Shown: positions 35,567 through 45,261 of the stretch, in pieces | Numbering within the stretch: the stretch's first letter is position 1 | Layout of the letters: each line of letters opens with the position of its first letter | Assembly (NCBI GenBank): GCA_027488865.1 | Contig: JAIYAU010000025.1 | Location: 128,359 to 192,358, forward strand | Length of the DNA stretch: 64,000 bases | Direction of reading: 5' to 3' | Source of the DNA: Cytophagaceae bacterium | Lineage (GTDB): Bacteria > Bacteroidota > Bacteroidia > Cytophagales > UBA9547 | Notes under the pieces: model-generated | What the model was told of the DNA's origin: nothing | The model's database searches: none | Seen by the model: the letters and a program-made list of their open reading frames with translations, nothing else | Program-made: the position numbers and the translations under genes

Positions 35567-37984
35567 ATGAGAATCTCTTATAATTGGCTAAAGCAATTTA
35601 TTAATATAGAAGAAAGTCCTGAAGAGCTGGGCAAAATACTTACCGACGCGGGACTAGAAGTGGAGGCAATCGAAAAACATGAAAGTGTAAAAGGAGGTTT
35701 AGAAAATGTAATTATAGCACAAGTAATCACTTGTGTGCCACATCCTAATGCTGACAAATTAAGATTAACAACTGTTGACACGGGCAATGGCGTGGTACTT
35801 CCGGTGGTTTGTGGAGCTCCCAACGTAGCAGCGGGACAAAAGGTAATTCTTGCTAAAGTTGGCGCAATATTGTACCCAGTTGGCCAAACGGAACCACTCA
35901 AAATTAGCAAAGCAAAAATAAGAGGAGAAGTAAGTGAAGGAATGTTATGCGCTGAGGACGAACTAGGTCTTGGCCAATCACACGATGGTATTTTGGTGTT
36001 AGATACTGATTTACCCATTGGTACGCCAGCCGCCGCTTATTTTAATTTAACTACTGATTACGTTTTTGAAATAGGTCTTACGCCTAATCGTGCAGATGCA
36101 GCCTCACATCTTGGTGTAGCGAGAGATCTAAAAGCATTGCTAAAAAAGCCTATTTGTTTACCGGAACTTGATCATTTTAAGGCAGGTGATAACAAAAATT
36201 TAGTTAAAATTTCTGTTGAAAATAGCATAGCTTGTCCTCGATATACAGGTCTTGTTATAAAAAATGTGGTGGTGAAAGATTCACCAGAATGGTTAAAAAC
36301 AAAACTTTTAGCAATTGGCGTTAATCCAATAAACAACGTGGTAGACGTGACGAATTATGTTCTTCACGAACTTGGTCAACCACTTCATGCTTTTGACCTT
36401 CAGAAAATTGAGGGTAATCAAATTATTATAAAAAATGCCAAGGATGGAGATAAATTTATTACACTAGATGGTACAGAACGTACGCTTAAAGGAACTGACC
36501 TTATCATAAGCAACACTACCGAACCAATGTGTTTAGCAGGTGTTATGGGAGGCAAAACGAGTGGTGTATCAACTCTTACCACCAATATTTTCCTAGAAAG
36601 TGCCTATTTTTCACCAGAAACTGTACGTAAATCCGCGCAAAATCATGGACTTAAAACTGATTCCTCGTTTAGGTTCGAACGTGGCACTGACCCAAACATG
36701 CCACTTTTTGCACTTAAAAGAGCAGCTTTGCTCATACTGGAATTGGCAGGGGGAGAAATTGCTTCAGAGGTGCAAGATGTTTATCCTCATAAAATAAAAG
36801 ATTTTGAGTATGAAGTTTCTTGTGGGCGCATAAGAAGGTTGTTAGGTATTAAGGTTTCTGATGACGAAATTAGCACCATTCTTCAAGATTTAGGTATCAA
36901 AATTAACAACAAAGAACAGGATATTTTACAATTATCCGTGCCACCATTTAAAGTAGATGTGCAAAGAGAAGCAGATATAGCTGAGGAAATACTTCGCATT
37001 GTTGGTTTATCAAAAGTGGAACTTAATCCTTATTTGGGTGCCAATTATCTTGCAGATTTTCCCGAAAAGGATAAAGATAAACTCACGGCTTTGTTAGCTA
37101 ATGTACTGGCAGACAACGGCTATAACGAGATAATAACAAACTCTATCACCAAGCCTGCTTACGCTGAAAAAATAAAATCTTTGGATGTTTCTCAAAATGT
37201 GGACATTTTAAATAAATTAAGTGAAGACCTGGCGGTAATGCGGCAAACCATGTTGTTTTCGGGTTTGGAAGCTATTCTTTACAATGTTAATAGAAAACAA
37301 AAAGATCTCAAATTTTTTGAATTTGGCAAAACCTATCACAAAACGGGTGATAAGTATCTAGAAAAAAACCACTTGGTGTTATTTGCTATTGGTAATACTA
37401 CAAACGAAAGTTGGATTGAAAAACCAGCGCCAATTGAATTTCACGATTTGATGAAAATGGTGCAAATGGTGATTCAAAAAATAAAAATAAAAGACGTAAA
37501 ACTTGAGCCAATATCAGATGAGGTGTGGATTGAAGGATTGGCGATTGTTAAAAATAACAAGGAACTAGGGAGAATTGGCAAAGTGCAAAATGCCCTTTTA
37601 AAATTTGCCGATCTAAAACATGCCGTTTATTACGCAGATTTAGATATTGATTTGTTAATAAAACAATCCGAAACAAAGCTTCAATACGAGGAAATTTCAA
37701 AATTCCCAGAAGTACGTCGAGATTTATCATTGGTGATTGACAAAAAAGTGACTTTTGCTGAAATCGAGGAAATTGCTAAAAAAGCTGAAAAACAGTTGCT
37801 CAAGTCTACAAATATTTTCGATGTTTATGAAGGGGACAAGTTGGAAGCAGGGAAAAAATCTTATTCAGTTAGTTTTACCTTTCAACCCACAGAAAAAACC
37901 CTCACTGACGAAGAAGTGGATAAAATTATGCAAAAATTGATTCAGTCTTATGAATCAATTACTGGTGCGGTAATAAGAAAATAA
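35567..37984 (+). CDS. pheT: phenylalanine--tRNA ligase beta subunit
   Basis: MRISYNWLKQFI... with the tRNA-binding domain, B3/4, B5 and a FDX-ACB C-terminus. The track TTG at 35522 is an extension. Confidence 0.95.
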   Translation: MRISYNWLKQFINIEESPEELGKILTDAGLEVEAIEKHESVKGGLENVIIAQVITCVPHPNADKLRLTTVDTGNGVVLPVVCGAPNVAAGQKVILAKVGAILYPVGQTEPLKISKAKIRGEVSEGMLCAEDELGLGQSHDGILVLDTDLPIGTPAAAYFNLTTDYVFEIGLTPNRADAASHLGVARDLKALLKKPICLPELDHFKAGDNKNLVKISVENSIACPRYTGLVIKNVVVKDSPEWLKTKLLAIGVNPINNVVDVTNYVLHELGQPLHAFDLQKIEGNQIIIKNAKDGDKFITLDGTERTLKGTDLIISNTTEPMCLAGVMGGKTSGVSTLTTNIFLESAYFSPETVRKSAQNHGLKTDSSFRFERGTDPNMPLFALKRAALLILELAGGEIASEVQDVYPHKIKDFEYEVSCGRIRRLLGIKVSDDEISTILQDLGIKINNKEQDILQLSVPPFKVDVQREADIAEEILRIVGLSKVELNPYLGANYLADFPEKDKDKLTALLANVLADNGYNEIITNSITKPAYAEKIKSLDVSQNVDILNKLSEDLAVMRQTMLFSGLEAILYNVNRKQKDLKFFEFGKTYHKTGDKYLEKNHLVLFAIGNTTNESWIEKPAPIEFHDLMKMVQMVIQKIKIKDVKLEPISDEVWIEGLAIVKNNKELGRIGKVQNALLKFADLKHAVYYADLDIDLLIKQSETKLQYEEISKFPEVRRDLSLVIDKKVTFAEIEEIAKKAEKQLLKSTNIFDVYEGDKLEAGKKSYSVSFTFQPTEKTLTDEEVDKIMQKLIQSYESITGAVIRK

Positions 37985-38028
37985 TTGGTTCAAAATTTGC
38001 TTAGGGTTAAATCTACTTATTGTTCAAT

Positions 38029-38754
38029 ATGAGACCTTTAACACTAATTATTATCTTATTGGTTCAATTGTTATTTGCGCAAGATGGTAAAAACAATTGT
38101 ACCAAAGCCTACTTTAAAAACGGAAAAATATCAACCACTTCTTGTTATTTTGCGGATAAATATGGTGGACAGGCATTGGCCTACAACCAAAAGGGAGAAA
38201 TTATTGGCGAGTGGCATGTGAGTCGCATGCACCAATTGTCCTCCGTACATTTTACTTACCATGCTAACGGAGGTGTATATAAAGCAGAATATAGTTCACA
38301 CCCAGATGCTGGCATACAATGGTATAGAAGCACGACCACGTACAATGAAGCAGGCGTAAAGGTTGATTTTTGGCAAATGAGCCACGATGACCTTGTTACA
38401 TTTTACGACCCGAATAAAATAGACTTACCACCTTCTAATCCTCCACCTTCTTACAACAATTACACATCTGAACTATGGATTGATAACCGCAGCAACAGAA
38501 ATTTAATCGTAAGATGGAAACCTAAAAGTGCATCAAATTTTGAAGAAATTATGATAAAAAAATCTGAGCGAAAAAAAGTAACAGAACAAAAAAATACGCG
38601 TTTTTTGCCTCCTGCAAATCTCTATGACATTGAAATATCAAAAACAAATAGAAAATCGGCTCAACTCGCACTGGATTCTAACTACTTTGTACAAGAGGAC
38701 AAAAAAAATCCTAAAACCAAGGTCTATTTATACTCTACCAAAAATGTGCAATAA
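38029..38754 (+). CDS. hypothetical secreted protein
   Basis: Signal peptide MRPLTLIIILLVQLLFAQ. The N-terminal part has YwqK/MORN-like YFKNGKIS...NQKGEIIGEW. Confidence 0.55.
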   Translation: MRPLTLIIILLVQLLFAQDGKNNCTKAYFKNGKISTTSCYFADKYGGQALAYNQKGEIIGEWHVSRMHQLSSVHFTYHANGGVYKAEYSSHPDAGIQWYRSTTTYNEAGVKVDFWQMSHDDLVTFYDPNKIDLPPSNPPPSYNNYTSELWIDNRSNRNLIVRWKPKSASNFEEIMIKKSERKKVTEQKNTRFLPPANLYDIEISKTNRKSAQLALDSNYFVQEDKKNPKTKVYLYSTKNVQ

Positions 38755-38891
38755 GCTTTATATTCAAAGTTACCTATCAAGTTTGTATAAATCAGTTGAT
38801 TTCTAGCTTGATAATTTTTTATAAAGAGCGCAAATAGGAATTCATTTAAAAATAAATCAGGTTGGAGGTTCATTTAAATATAATTGGTAAC

Positions 38892-38932
38892 AAAAAAAAA
38901 GCCATTCGTTTTTAAAGAATGGCTTTTTTTTC
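38892..38932. terminator. bidirectional rho-independent terminator between convergent genes
   Basis: aaaaaaaaAGCCATTCgtttttaaaGAATGGCTtttttttt: a 9-bp stem flanked by A-run and T-run. Confidence 0.65.
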
Positions 38933-38949
38933 AAAATGGCAATCAAATT

Positions 38950-39372
38950 TTATTCAGCACCATTTATAAGTATTTTTATTAAATCTACAATCTGCCAGAT
39001 CCAAGAAGCTAAAGCTGGTAAACCTAACAAGATAAAACCAGGAAAAACCATTAGAGTCTGCCATAATGCTTTTTTGTTTTTCTTAAGATACCAGTTGTGA
39101 AATGCAAATGGTAACAATAAAACAGAAACCAGTCCTAAGATAATAGCAATAAGTTTTTTATCATCGCCCTTTGTTGCCTTTACTTTGGCCAACTCATCAA
39201 TATTTTTGTTAAAATCAGCAGTATTTATATGCTCAGTGCTTGTAATTTCCTTTTGTGAACTACTCTCCTCTACAATAGTAGCGGATTTTGAGTTTTCAAC
39301 AGGGAAAGAAGCATAAGATACTGTACCTAACAAGGTAAAACAAACGGTTAATCCAAAAATTAATTTTTTCAT
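38950..39372 (-). CDS. TM2-domain-like small membrane protein
   Basis: Signal peptide, then two closely spaced TM helices with the FHNWYLKK motif typical of TM2 domains. Confidence 0.5.
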   Translation of the reverse strand: MKKLIFGLTVCFTLLGTVSYASFPVENSKSATIVEESSSQKEITSTEHINTADFNKNIDELAKVKATKGDDKKLIAIILGLVSVLLLPFAFHNWYLKKNKKALWQTLMVFPGFILLGLPALASWIWQIVDLIKILINGAE

Positions 39373-39448
39373 GTTATTTATGATTTATATTTGAGGCAAT
39401 ATTAATAATTAATTACAAAATATAAACCATTTTTAGAAAAAAAATATC

Positions 39449-40300
39449 ATGTATCGTTTCATTTTAACCTTTATATGTTTGCAAATTCATTTAACTGCAT
39501 GGACACAAAATTTAGAATTTATTGGCACTTTAAAAACTACAGATAAAATAATCCTAAGCTATAAACTTAACATAAATATTGACAGTTCTGGTAAAATCTC
39601 AGGGGAATCAATTACTGACTTTTTGGGCAAGAATAGTACAAAAAGCAAAGTTTCTGGTACTTTTAATAAACAACTTTACACCGTTTCTTTTAAAGAAATT
39701 GAAAATATTAAAACCAAATCAAAGGCTAATCCTCAAAACTTTTGTTATGTCCAGGGGAATGAGCTTAAGATATTGACCATTAAAGGGAATCAATTCTTGC
39801 AGGGTAAGTTTAGTGGTTATTTTCCAAATGGCAAACTTTGCGCTTCTGGAAAACTCAATATGGTTAGCACTAGTGTTTTTGAAAAAATTGGTGTTAAAAG
39901 ATCTAAATTAGATTCTTTAAATTTGTCAGACTCCATTAAAAATCCGTCAAAACCAAATAAATTAATACTTAGGTCTGGTGACCAACTTGATTATAAATGG
40001 AACTCCCACACCATAGTGATTTATATATGGGACGGAAAAAATGAAGATAAAGATAAAATTGATATCTACATCAACGATATTCAATATTACTCTAAACTCG
40101 AAATTAGTAATAAAAAAAAGAAGTTAGAACATTTATTTTCAGAGGATTATGTTAAAATCAAAATAATCGCTTACGACGAAGGAATTTCTCCACCTAACAC
40201 AATAAACATACTGCTACAGGATGATGACCAGCTACATACATTAACCTCTGTCTTGAAAAAGGGAGAACAAATAAATATAAACCTTTCGAAAAATAAATAA
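39449..40300 (+). CDS. hypothetical secreted protein (283 aa)
   Basis: Signal peptide MYRFILTFICLQIHLTAWTQ. No family recognised. Confidence 0.55.
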   Translation: MYRFILTFICLQIHLTAWTQNLEFIGTLKTTDKIILSYKLNINIDSSGKISGESITDFLGKNSTKSKVSGTFNKQLYTVSFKEIENIKTKSKANPQNFCYVQGNELKILTIKGNQFLQGKFSGYFPNGKLCASGKLNMVSTSVFEKIGVKRSKLDSLNLSDSIKNPSKPNKLILRSGDQLDYKWNSHTIVIYIWDGKNEDKDKIDIYINDIQYYSKLEISNKKKKLEHLFSEDYVKIKIIAYDEGISPPNTINILLQDDDQLHTLTSVLKKGEQININLSKNK

Positions 40301-40392
40301 TTTTTTAAAGTAAGCTATCTATAAAGTATGTTTACAACATAAGTCATCAAAATGGAGCAATAAAATTATATTTACTTTGATTTTCATACTTC

Positions 40393-40450
40393 TTCCTTGT
40401 AAATAGATTTTTTAACTATTTTGCGGGGAGTTAGTAAGTTTTTTACAGAC
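40393..40450 (+). promoter_or_regulatory. dispersed leader/promoter-like repeat, copy F
   Basis: ttccttgtaaatagattttttaactattttgcggggagttagtaagttttttacagac, 138 nt before ATG 40588. Confidence 0.55.
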
Positions 40451-40587
40451 CGACCCTGATTAAGAGTCATAAAATTTAGAAGCCCTCAATATCAAAGAAT
40501 AATAAACCAAACAAAAAAATAGCTTTAAAATTAAAATAAATTGTTGGTTGGATTTTGAAGTAATAATACTCTCAAATATAGTTAATT

Positions 40588-41823
40588 ATGAAAAAGCAAT
40601 TTAATTATAAATCAAACCTATTGTTAATATTATCTATAACCTTATTGGTGAGGATAATAACAGTCTTTTTAATAGGAAAAATTCCTTGCATGGATTTTTC
40701 TTATTGGAATGAGGCTAATAATATTTTAAATGGTTCCTCTAAACAACCCATTTACCTGGTCCCATCCTATGGTTTTTTACTTTATTTCCTTAATAAAGTT
40801 TTGGGTAGTTTATTTCTTGCCTCGTCCATCTGTTATGTTTTGTTTTCATTTTGCATAGCATTGTTAATGTATTTAATCGCAAAAGTAATGTTCAATGAAA
40901 GAACCGCGACCATAACTTTGCTTTTAATAACATTCATGCCGAATTTAACGGTAGCAGTTGCTGGATATTCACACACTTCCACTGTAAGTTTGGCCTTTAT
41001 TCTATCAGCTTTGTATGTATTGATTTTAGGTAACTTTTCAAAAATGAAGCTAACCTCATGTATTATTTACTTTACAGTCTCATCCGCACTGGCAATTTTT
41101 ATAAGGCCTGAAAGTATAATTATTATTATTAGTATACTATTATTAACCATTCTAAACAAAGACCTTAAACTGATTAATCGTTTAAAAATAATTTTGATTT
41201 CCTCAGTTCTATTGTTTACAGCAATTAAAGGACACCAAATTTGGATAAAACACAATACCAATTCCCAATATGCTGGTACATTTTCTGATAATAAATACAC
41301 CTATTTAACATTCATGCATACTTTATCTTTAAAAAATGGAACAGGAATTGTCGACTCAATAGCATTAGATTTAAGTATAAAATCTTTTGGAAGTCCAGAA
41401 TCAAACAGATGGTCAACGATAAAAGCAATTAGTAAAAATCCTAAAATTTTTGTTTCGAATATATTATATAATATAAAGGAATTATTAGACTCATGTGCTC
41501 ACCCACTTTTCTACCCATTTTACCTATATTTTTTCATAGGAATTGGAATTTTTTCAATCTGGAATAAGAAAAATAGATATCTTCAACTATTACCCCTTAT
41601 TTTGCTGTTTTCATCAATCATTCCCGTTCTAGTTTTTCATGTTGAAATAAGGTATTTGGTAAATTTTTTAGTATCCATTATACTAATATCCAGTTATGGC
41701 CTAGCTGAAATGAATGATCTCGGCAAAACTAAAATAACACTTGCGTTATTGATATTCGCCAATTTTATAATTTATGCCGTGTATTTGATAAATAATAGCA
41801 AACTAGAGAGCTTGTGTGGCTAA
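40588..41823 (+). CDS. polytopic membrane protein, GT-C/ArnT(GT39/83)-like glycosyltransferase candidate
   Basis: 411 aa with ~11 hydrophobic segments. The overall layout resembles 4-amino-4-deoxy-L-arabinose / PMT-type transferases. The call rests on topology only. Confidence 0.45.
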   Translation: MKKQFNYKSNLLLILSITLLVRIITVFLIGKIPCMDFSYWNEANNILNGSSKQPIYLVPSYGFLLYFLNKVLGSLFLASSICYVLFSFCIALLMYLIAKVMFNERTATITLLLITFMPNLTVAVAGYSHTSTVSLAFILSALYVLILGNFSKMKLTSCIIYFTVSSALAIFIRPESIIIIISILLLTILNKDLKLINRLKIILISSVLLFTAIKGHQIWIKHNTNSQYAGTFSDNKYTYLTFMHTLSLKNGTGIVDSIALDLSIKSFGSPESNRWSTIKAISKNPKIFVSNILYNIKELLDSCAHPLFYPFYLYFFIGIGIFSIWNKKNRYLQLLPLILLFSSIIPVLVFHVEIRYLVNFLVSIILISSYGLAEMNDLGKTKITLALLIFANFIIYAVYLINNSKLESLCG

Positions 41824-41953
41824 ATCTGAAAGGCTTTTAGTAAAAAATAAATCCTAATGATTGTTTCAATTAAATACTTCAAGATGAAAATATTAACTTC
41901 TATCCGTCATCAATTTATCGTACTGAACTTAAATGGAATTTATAAAAAATATA

Positions 41954-42940
41954 CTAAAAACTATACCACACCCCCCCTATCAGTCTTCCAGCATTCCCAA
42001 TTACTGGCCCATTTAATTTCTCGTATACAGGGAGTTGCCAAAGTGCTTGCAAGGTTATAGACTTAAAAATAATGTCGACTCCAAAATTTCCAAAATAAGA
42101 TTTTCCACCTGTAGTGTGGACGATTTTATCCTGTACTATATCTTTTTGGGATTGTTCAAGGTAAATTCCTGATTTTGGAATTATACGCCATTTTTCATTA
42201 ATCTCAAAAACGTAAAAAAGATTGGTGTTTAAATTAATACTGTTCCCAAACAATACATCATTTTTATTTTTTGTATTTAATTTATAGTTAGTGCTCACAT
42301 CAAGTCCACTAGATGCATAAGTAAGTGTATAATTGAGTCTAAAAATAAAATCAACCGACCCTGTACCTAATTGTATATCAGGCATGAGTGTTTGATTATT
42401 GATTCGTTTGTTAAAGGAACCTGACGGTAACTTTACTGCTAATCCTGGTTTTATATAATGTTTAAATTTTGTGTTTTCTATAGTTTTGATGTAGTCTGCA
42501 GCTAAAATAACGTCTCCTATACCCTTTACAATTATTGTGCTGTCGGTTACTGGACGAGTCATGCTAAAAACGTTTTTGTAATAAACCTCATTTTTGCTAA
42601 AAGGACATAAAATTGTAATATTCCATTTGTTTTTAAGATTTATATTAGCCCTAAACTCTGTGGTTAGGTATCGTTCATAATCATATTTACTCTTTTCTAC
42701 CAAAATACCATCAGGTTCATGCGATATCCTTGCATTGTCTAAACTTTTAGAATCGACAAAAAATTGATGATTTTCGTCTAGATGTTTATATCCGTTAAAA
42801 ACTCTGTATCTAGTAAATATCCCAATATACGACTTGTTACTTCTGTTGGCGTATTCAAAAATATTACATACATCACATGCTAAGGCTGTTGTGCCAATAA
42901 GGGTAAAAACCAACAGAATTATCAAATTTCTATACTTCAT
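41954..42940 (-). CDS. putative outer-membrane beta-barrel with N-terminal CxxC
   Basis: Signal peptide ...GTTALA followed by CDVCN, then beta-strand periodicity and a C-terminal ...GGVWYSF. Its ATG overlaps the upstream stop (ATGA at 42940-42937). Confidence 0.6.
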   Translation of the reverse strand: MKYRNLIILLVFTLIGTTALACDVCNIFEYANRSNKSYIGIFTRYRVFNGYKHLDENHQFFVDSKSLDNARISHEPDGILVEKSKYDYERYLTTEFRANINLKNKWNITILCPFSKNEVYYKNVFSMTRPVTDSTIIVKGIGDVILAADYIKTIENTKFKHYIKPGLAVKLPSGSFNKRINNQTLMPDIQLGTGSVDFIFRLNYTLTYASSGLDVSTNYKLNTKNKNDVLFGNSINLNTNLFYVFEINEKWRIIPKSGIYLEQSQKDIVQDKIVHTTGGKSYFGNFGVDIIFKSITLQALWQLPVYEKLNGPVIGNAGRLIGGVWYSF

Positions 42941-43959
42941 TGGTTATTTCTGACAAAGGTAGTGTCGTTTAAAGTTTGCAAAAACAGCTTTATACTAGCT
43001 TTTTCTTCCTCAGTTATTGAAAAGGATGCTTGAAGAAAGGGCGACAAGGTAGCCGAACTAATAATTCCATTTTGATAATGATCTAAAACCTCATCTATAG
43101 TAGCTAATCGTCCATCGTGCATGTAGGGTGCGGTGAAGCTCAAATTTCTAAGTGTCGGGGTTTTATATTTACCTATATCATTTTGGGACAATGAAATCCG
43201 TGCTCTTCCAAGTTTAGGGTCGTCCATATTTCCATCTAAATCTGGAAATTGATTGTCCAACCCGTTATTATGATATTGAAGATCTGTAAATAAAACACCA
43301 CTGTGGCATTGTTGACATTTTTGTTTAAATACCTTTTCACCTTGTAGCTCCTCATTTGACAGCACAAGTTGTTTAATGAGGTATTGATCGTATTTAGAAT
43401 CTCCTGAAACAAGGGTTCGTTCAAATTGCGCTAGCGCGGTGGTAATGTACTGCGTGATAATTGTATCCTTGCCAAATGCCTTATAAAACAGTGCATTATA
43501 ATCTGGCAAAGCTTTTAATTTAGCAGGCAATTTAGCCAAATCCATGTTCATTTCATTATGTGCTGTGATAGGGCCAAGGGATTGCAATTCCAAACTTTTT
43601 GCTCCACCATCCCAAAAAAAATCAGTTTGCCAAGCCAAATTAAATAGTGGCATAGCATTTCTCACACCGGCTAGTTGATTAACACCTAAGCTCACGGGAG
43701 ATTGATCTGAAAATGATTTACTTGGTTTATGGCATGAAGCACAAGAAACAGCATCATTGCTAGAAAGCGCAGGATCAAAAAATAGTTTTTTCCCTAAGTC
43801 AATTTGATTTTTATTAGGAATATTATCTTTAAGTGCCTGTGGATAAGGAAAATAAGATGGAACCTCCACCAATATAGGGGAAGGCTCCACATTATTTTTA
43901 TTTGTATCACAGGCTATTAATACCCATGACAACAATAGTATACCAATTTTCTTTTGCAA
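42937..43959 (-). CDS. mbnH: di-haem cytochrome c peroxidase / MauG-like enzyme (MbnH-type)
   Basis: Lipobox LIAC. Two CxxCH motifs (CASCH, CQQCH) and TPTLRNLSFTAPYMHDGRLATIDEVLDHY. It has a TTG start 9 nt after the upstream stop. Confidence 0.8.
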   Translation of the reverse strand: MQKKIGILLLSWVLIACDTNKNNVEPSPILVEVPSYFPYPQALKDNIPNKNQIDLGKKLFFDPALSSNDAVSCASCHKPSKSFSDQSPVSLGVNQLAGVRNAMPLFNLAWQTDFFWDGGAKSLELQSLGPITAHNEMNMDLAKLPAKLKALPDYNALFYKAFGKDTIITQYITTALAQFERTLVSGDSKYDQYLIKQLVLSNEELQGEKVFKQKCQQCHSGVLFTDLQYHNNGLDNQFPDLDGNMDDPKLGRARISLSQNDIGKYKTPTLRNLSFTAPYMHDGRLATIDEVLDHYQNGIISSATLSPFLQASFSITEEEKASIKLFLQTLNDTTFVRNNQ

Positions 43960-43967
43960 TGGGGTGC

Positions 43968-44753
43968 CTATTCGTTAGTAACGTCTTTCAGCTTAATCAT
44001 ATCTACATAATTATTTGCGGCATCAGTAGCACCTGCACCACCCATTACATTCTTGTAATCCTTAAGCGCCAAAGTTTTAGGAGCAACAAATATTTCATTT
44101 ATGTCCGCCCAAAAAGCTACAGTTGATTCCTTTTGTTTTTTCAAAACTACAGTTTTTGATAGATCAAACTTAACAGATTTAAAGTTTGCGTTATTACCCA
44201 CGTGTAATAACAATGGCTGGGTGCTTGTACTATCTTTTGCTCTAACAGTACCTTCAAGAACGGTAAACTTGTATCCAGAACTCCAAGTCCAAAGCATGCC
44301 ATAATTAGGATCTAACCAACCTGATTGATTTCCGTTGGAATTTTGAAAATTATCAATTCCTATTGCAAATAGAATTTGGTCATATTCGTTGGCTGGAATG
44401 CCTTTGATATGAAAATTATTAGCATGTTCTACTCGACCGTGTTCTGCATTGGCTAAATCAAAAAGATAATAGCTATTAGGTACATCGAAATAGGTGCCTG
44501 ATGATTTTCTCCTAAGTTTCACATTACTGATATAAAACTTAAATGAAGAGACGTTCGTAATAGAGTCTCCGTTATCAAGGGCATATTTAGCGCCATTCAA
44601 TTTTAACGCTTGCTCCTTAAAACCAGCCTTAAAACCTAGTGTCAGTGTTCCTGTAGTATCTTCTGGAGTAATAGTAATTGTTTCCTTTTCTTTTTTACAA
44701 GAAAATAGGGATATGGATATGACAGTAACTGCCAAAATAATAATATTTTTCAT
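43968..44753 (-). CDS. mbnP: MbnP-family (copper-binding partner of MbnH) lipoprotein
   Basis: 261 aa, lipobox LFSCKK, with FKFYISNVKL...YYLFD...GMLWTWSSGYKFTVLEG. It sits directly upstream of the di-haem enzyme, the canonical MbnP-MbnH pairing. Confidence 0.6.
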   Translation of the reverse strand: MKNIIILAVTVISISLFSCKKEKETITITPEDTTGTLTLGFKAGFKEQALKLNGAKYALDNGDSITNVSSFKFYISNVKLRRKSSGTYFDVPNSYYLFDLANAEHGRVEHANNFHIKGIPANEYDQILFAIGIDNFQNSNGNQSGWLDPNYGMLWTWSSGYKFTVLEGTVRAKDSTSTQPLLLHVGNNANFKSVKFDLSKTVVLKKQKESTVAFWADINEIFVAPKTLALKDYKNVMGGAGATDAANNYVDMIKLKDVTNE

Positions 44754-44839
44754 TTTGTGTAAATTTTTAAAATGTATAATTAATCTAGGACTATAAAAGC
44801 TGTTAGATTAAAATAAAAAGTTGTAAATTCTGATAATTG

Positions 44840-45220
44840 CTAAGCAGCAAGTGGAGGTCTAAATACCTCTATTTTTTGAGAATGGATAAAAGAAAATTGG
44901 TATTGTGTAAGATGCTCAATTTCGAATAAAACTAATAAATCCTTAGATACTAATAAATCATGTTGCTCGCCAACATATTCTATTCCAATCTGTTGAATTA
45001 CCTCTTTATCTGTTTGATTTTTACTAATGGCTTTTATCACTTTGTTTAAGTGACATTTTCCAGCACATTTTAGTTTAGGCTTGTCTTTATTAACACATAG
45101 ATTATTAGCAAAATAATCCCTGTTGAGATCAAAACATAATTTATACATTGCAATACTACTTATGTTTACCACCATAAGCATTATTAACACTAAACTCGAT
45201 ATGTTTCTTAAATTTTTCAA
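44840..45220 (-). CDS. small membrane-anchored Cys-rich protein
   Basis: 126 aa with a TTG start, an N-terminal TM helix, and CVNKDKPKLKCAGKCHL (C-X9-C-X3-CH). Confidence 0.5.
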   Translation of the reverse strand: MKNLRNISSLVLIMLMVVNISSIAMYKLCFDLNRDYFANNLCVNKDKPKLKCAGKCHLNKVIKAISKNQTDKEVIQQIGIEYVGEQHDLLVSKDLLVLFEIEHLTQYQFSFIHSQKIEVFRPPLAA

Positions 45221-45261
45221 TTGATGGCAAAACTAGCCTAGAAAATTAATAAAACAAAATA

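Noticed and set aside
35578-36018. 146-aa antisense ORF inside pheT
   Set aside because: It lies entirely within the strongly supported pheT frame, and its Ser/Pro/Thr-rich low-complexity translation is typical of antisense frames.
41857-42060. 67-aa + strand ORF overlapping the 3' end of the beta-barrel gene
   Set aside because: It overlaps a better-supported convergent gene and has no promoter box or recognisable features.
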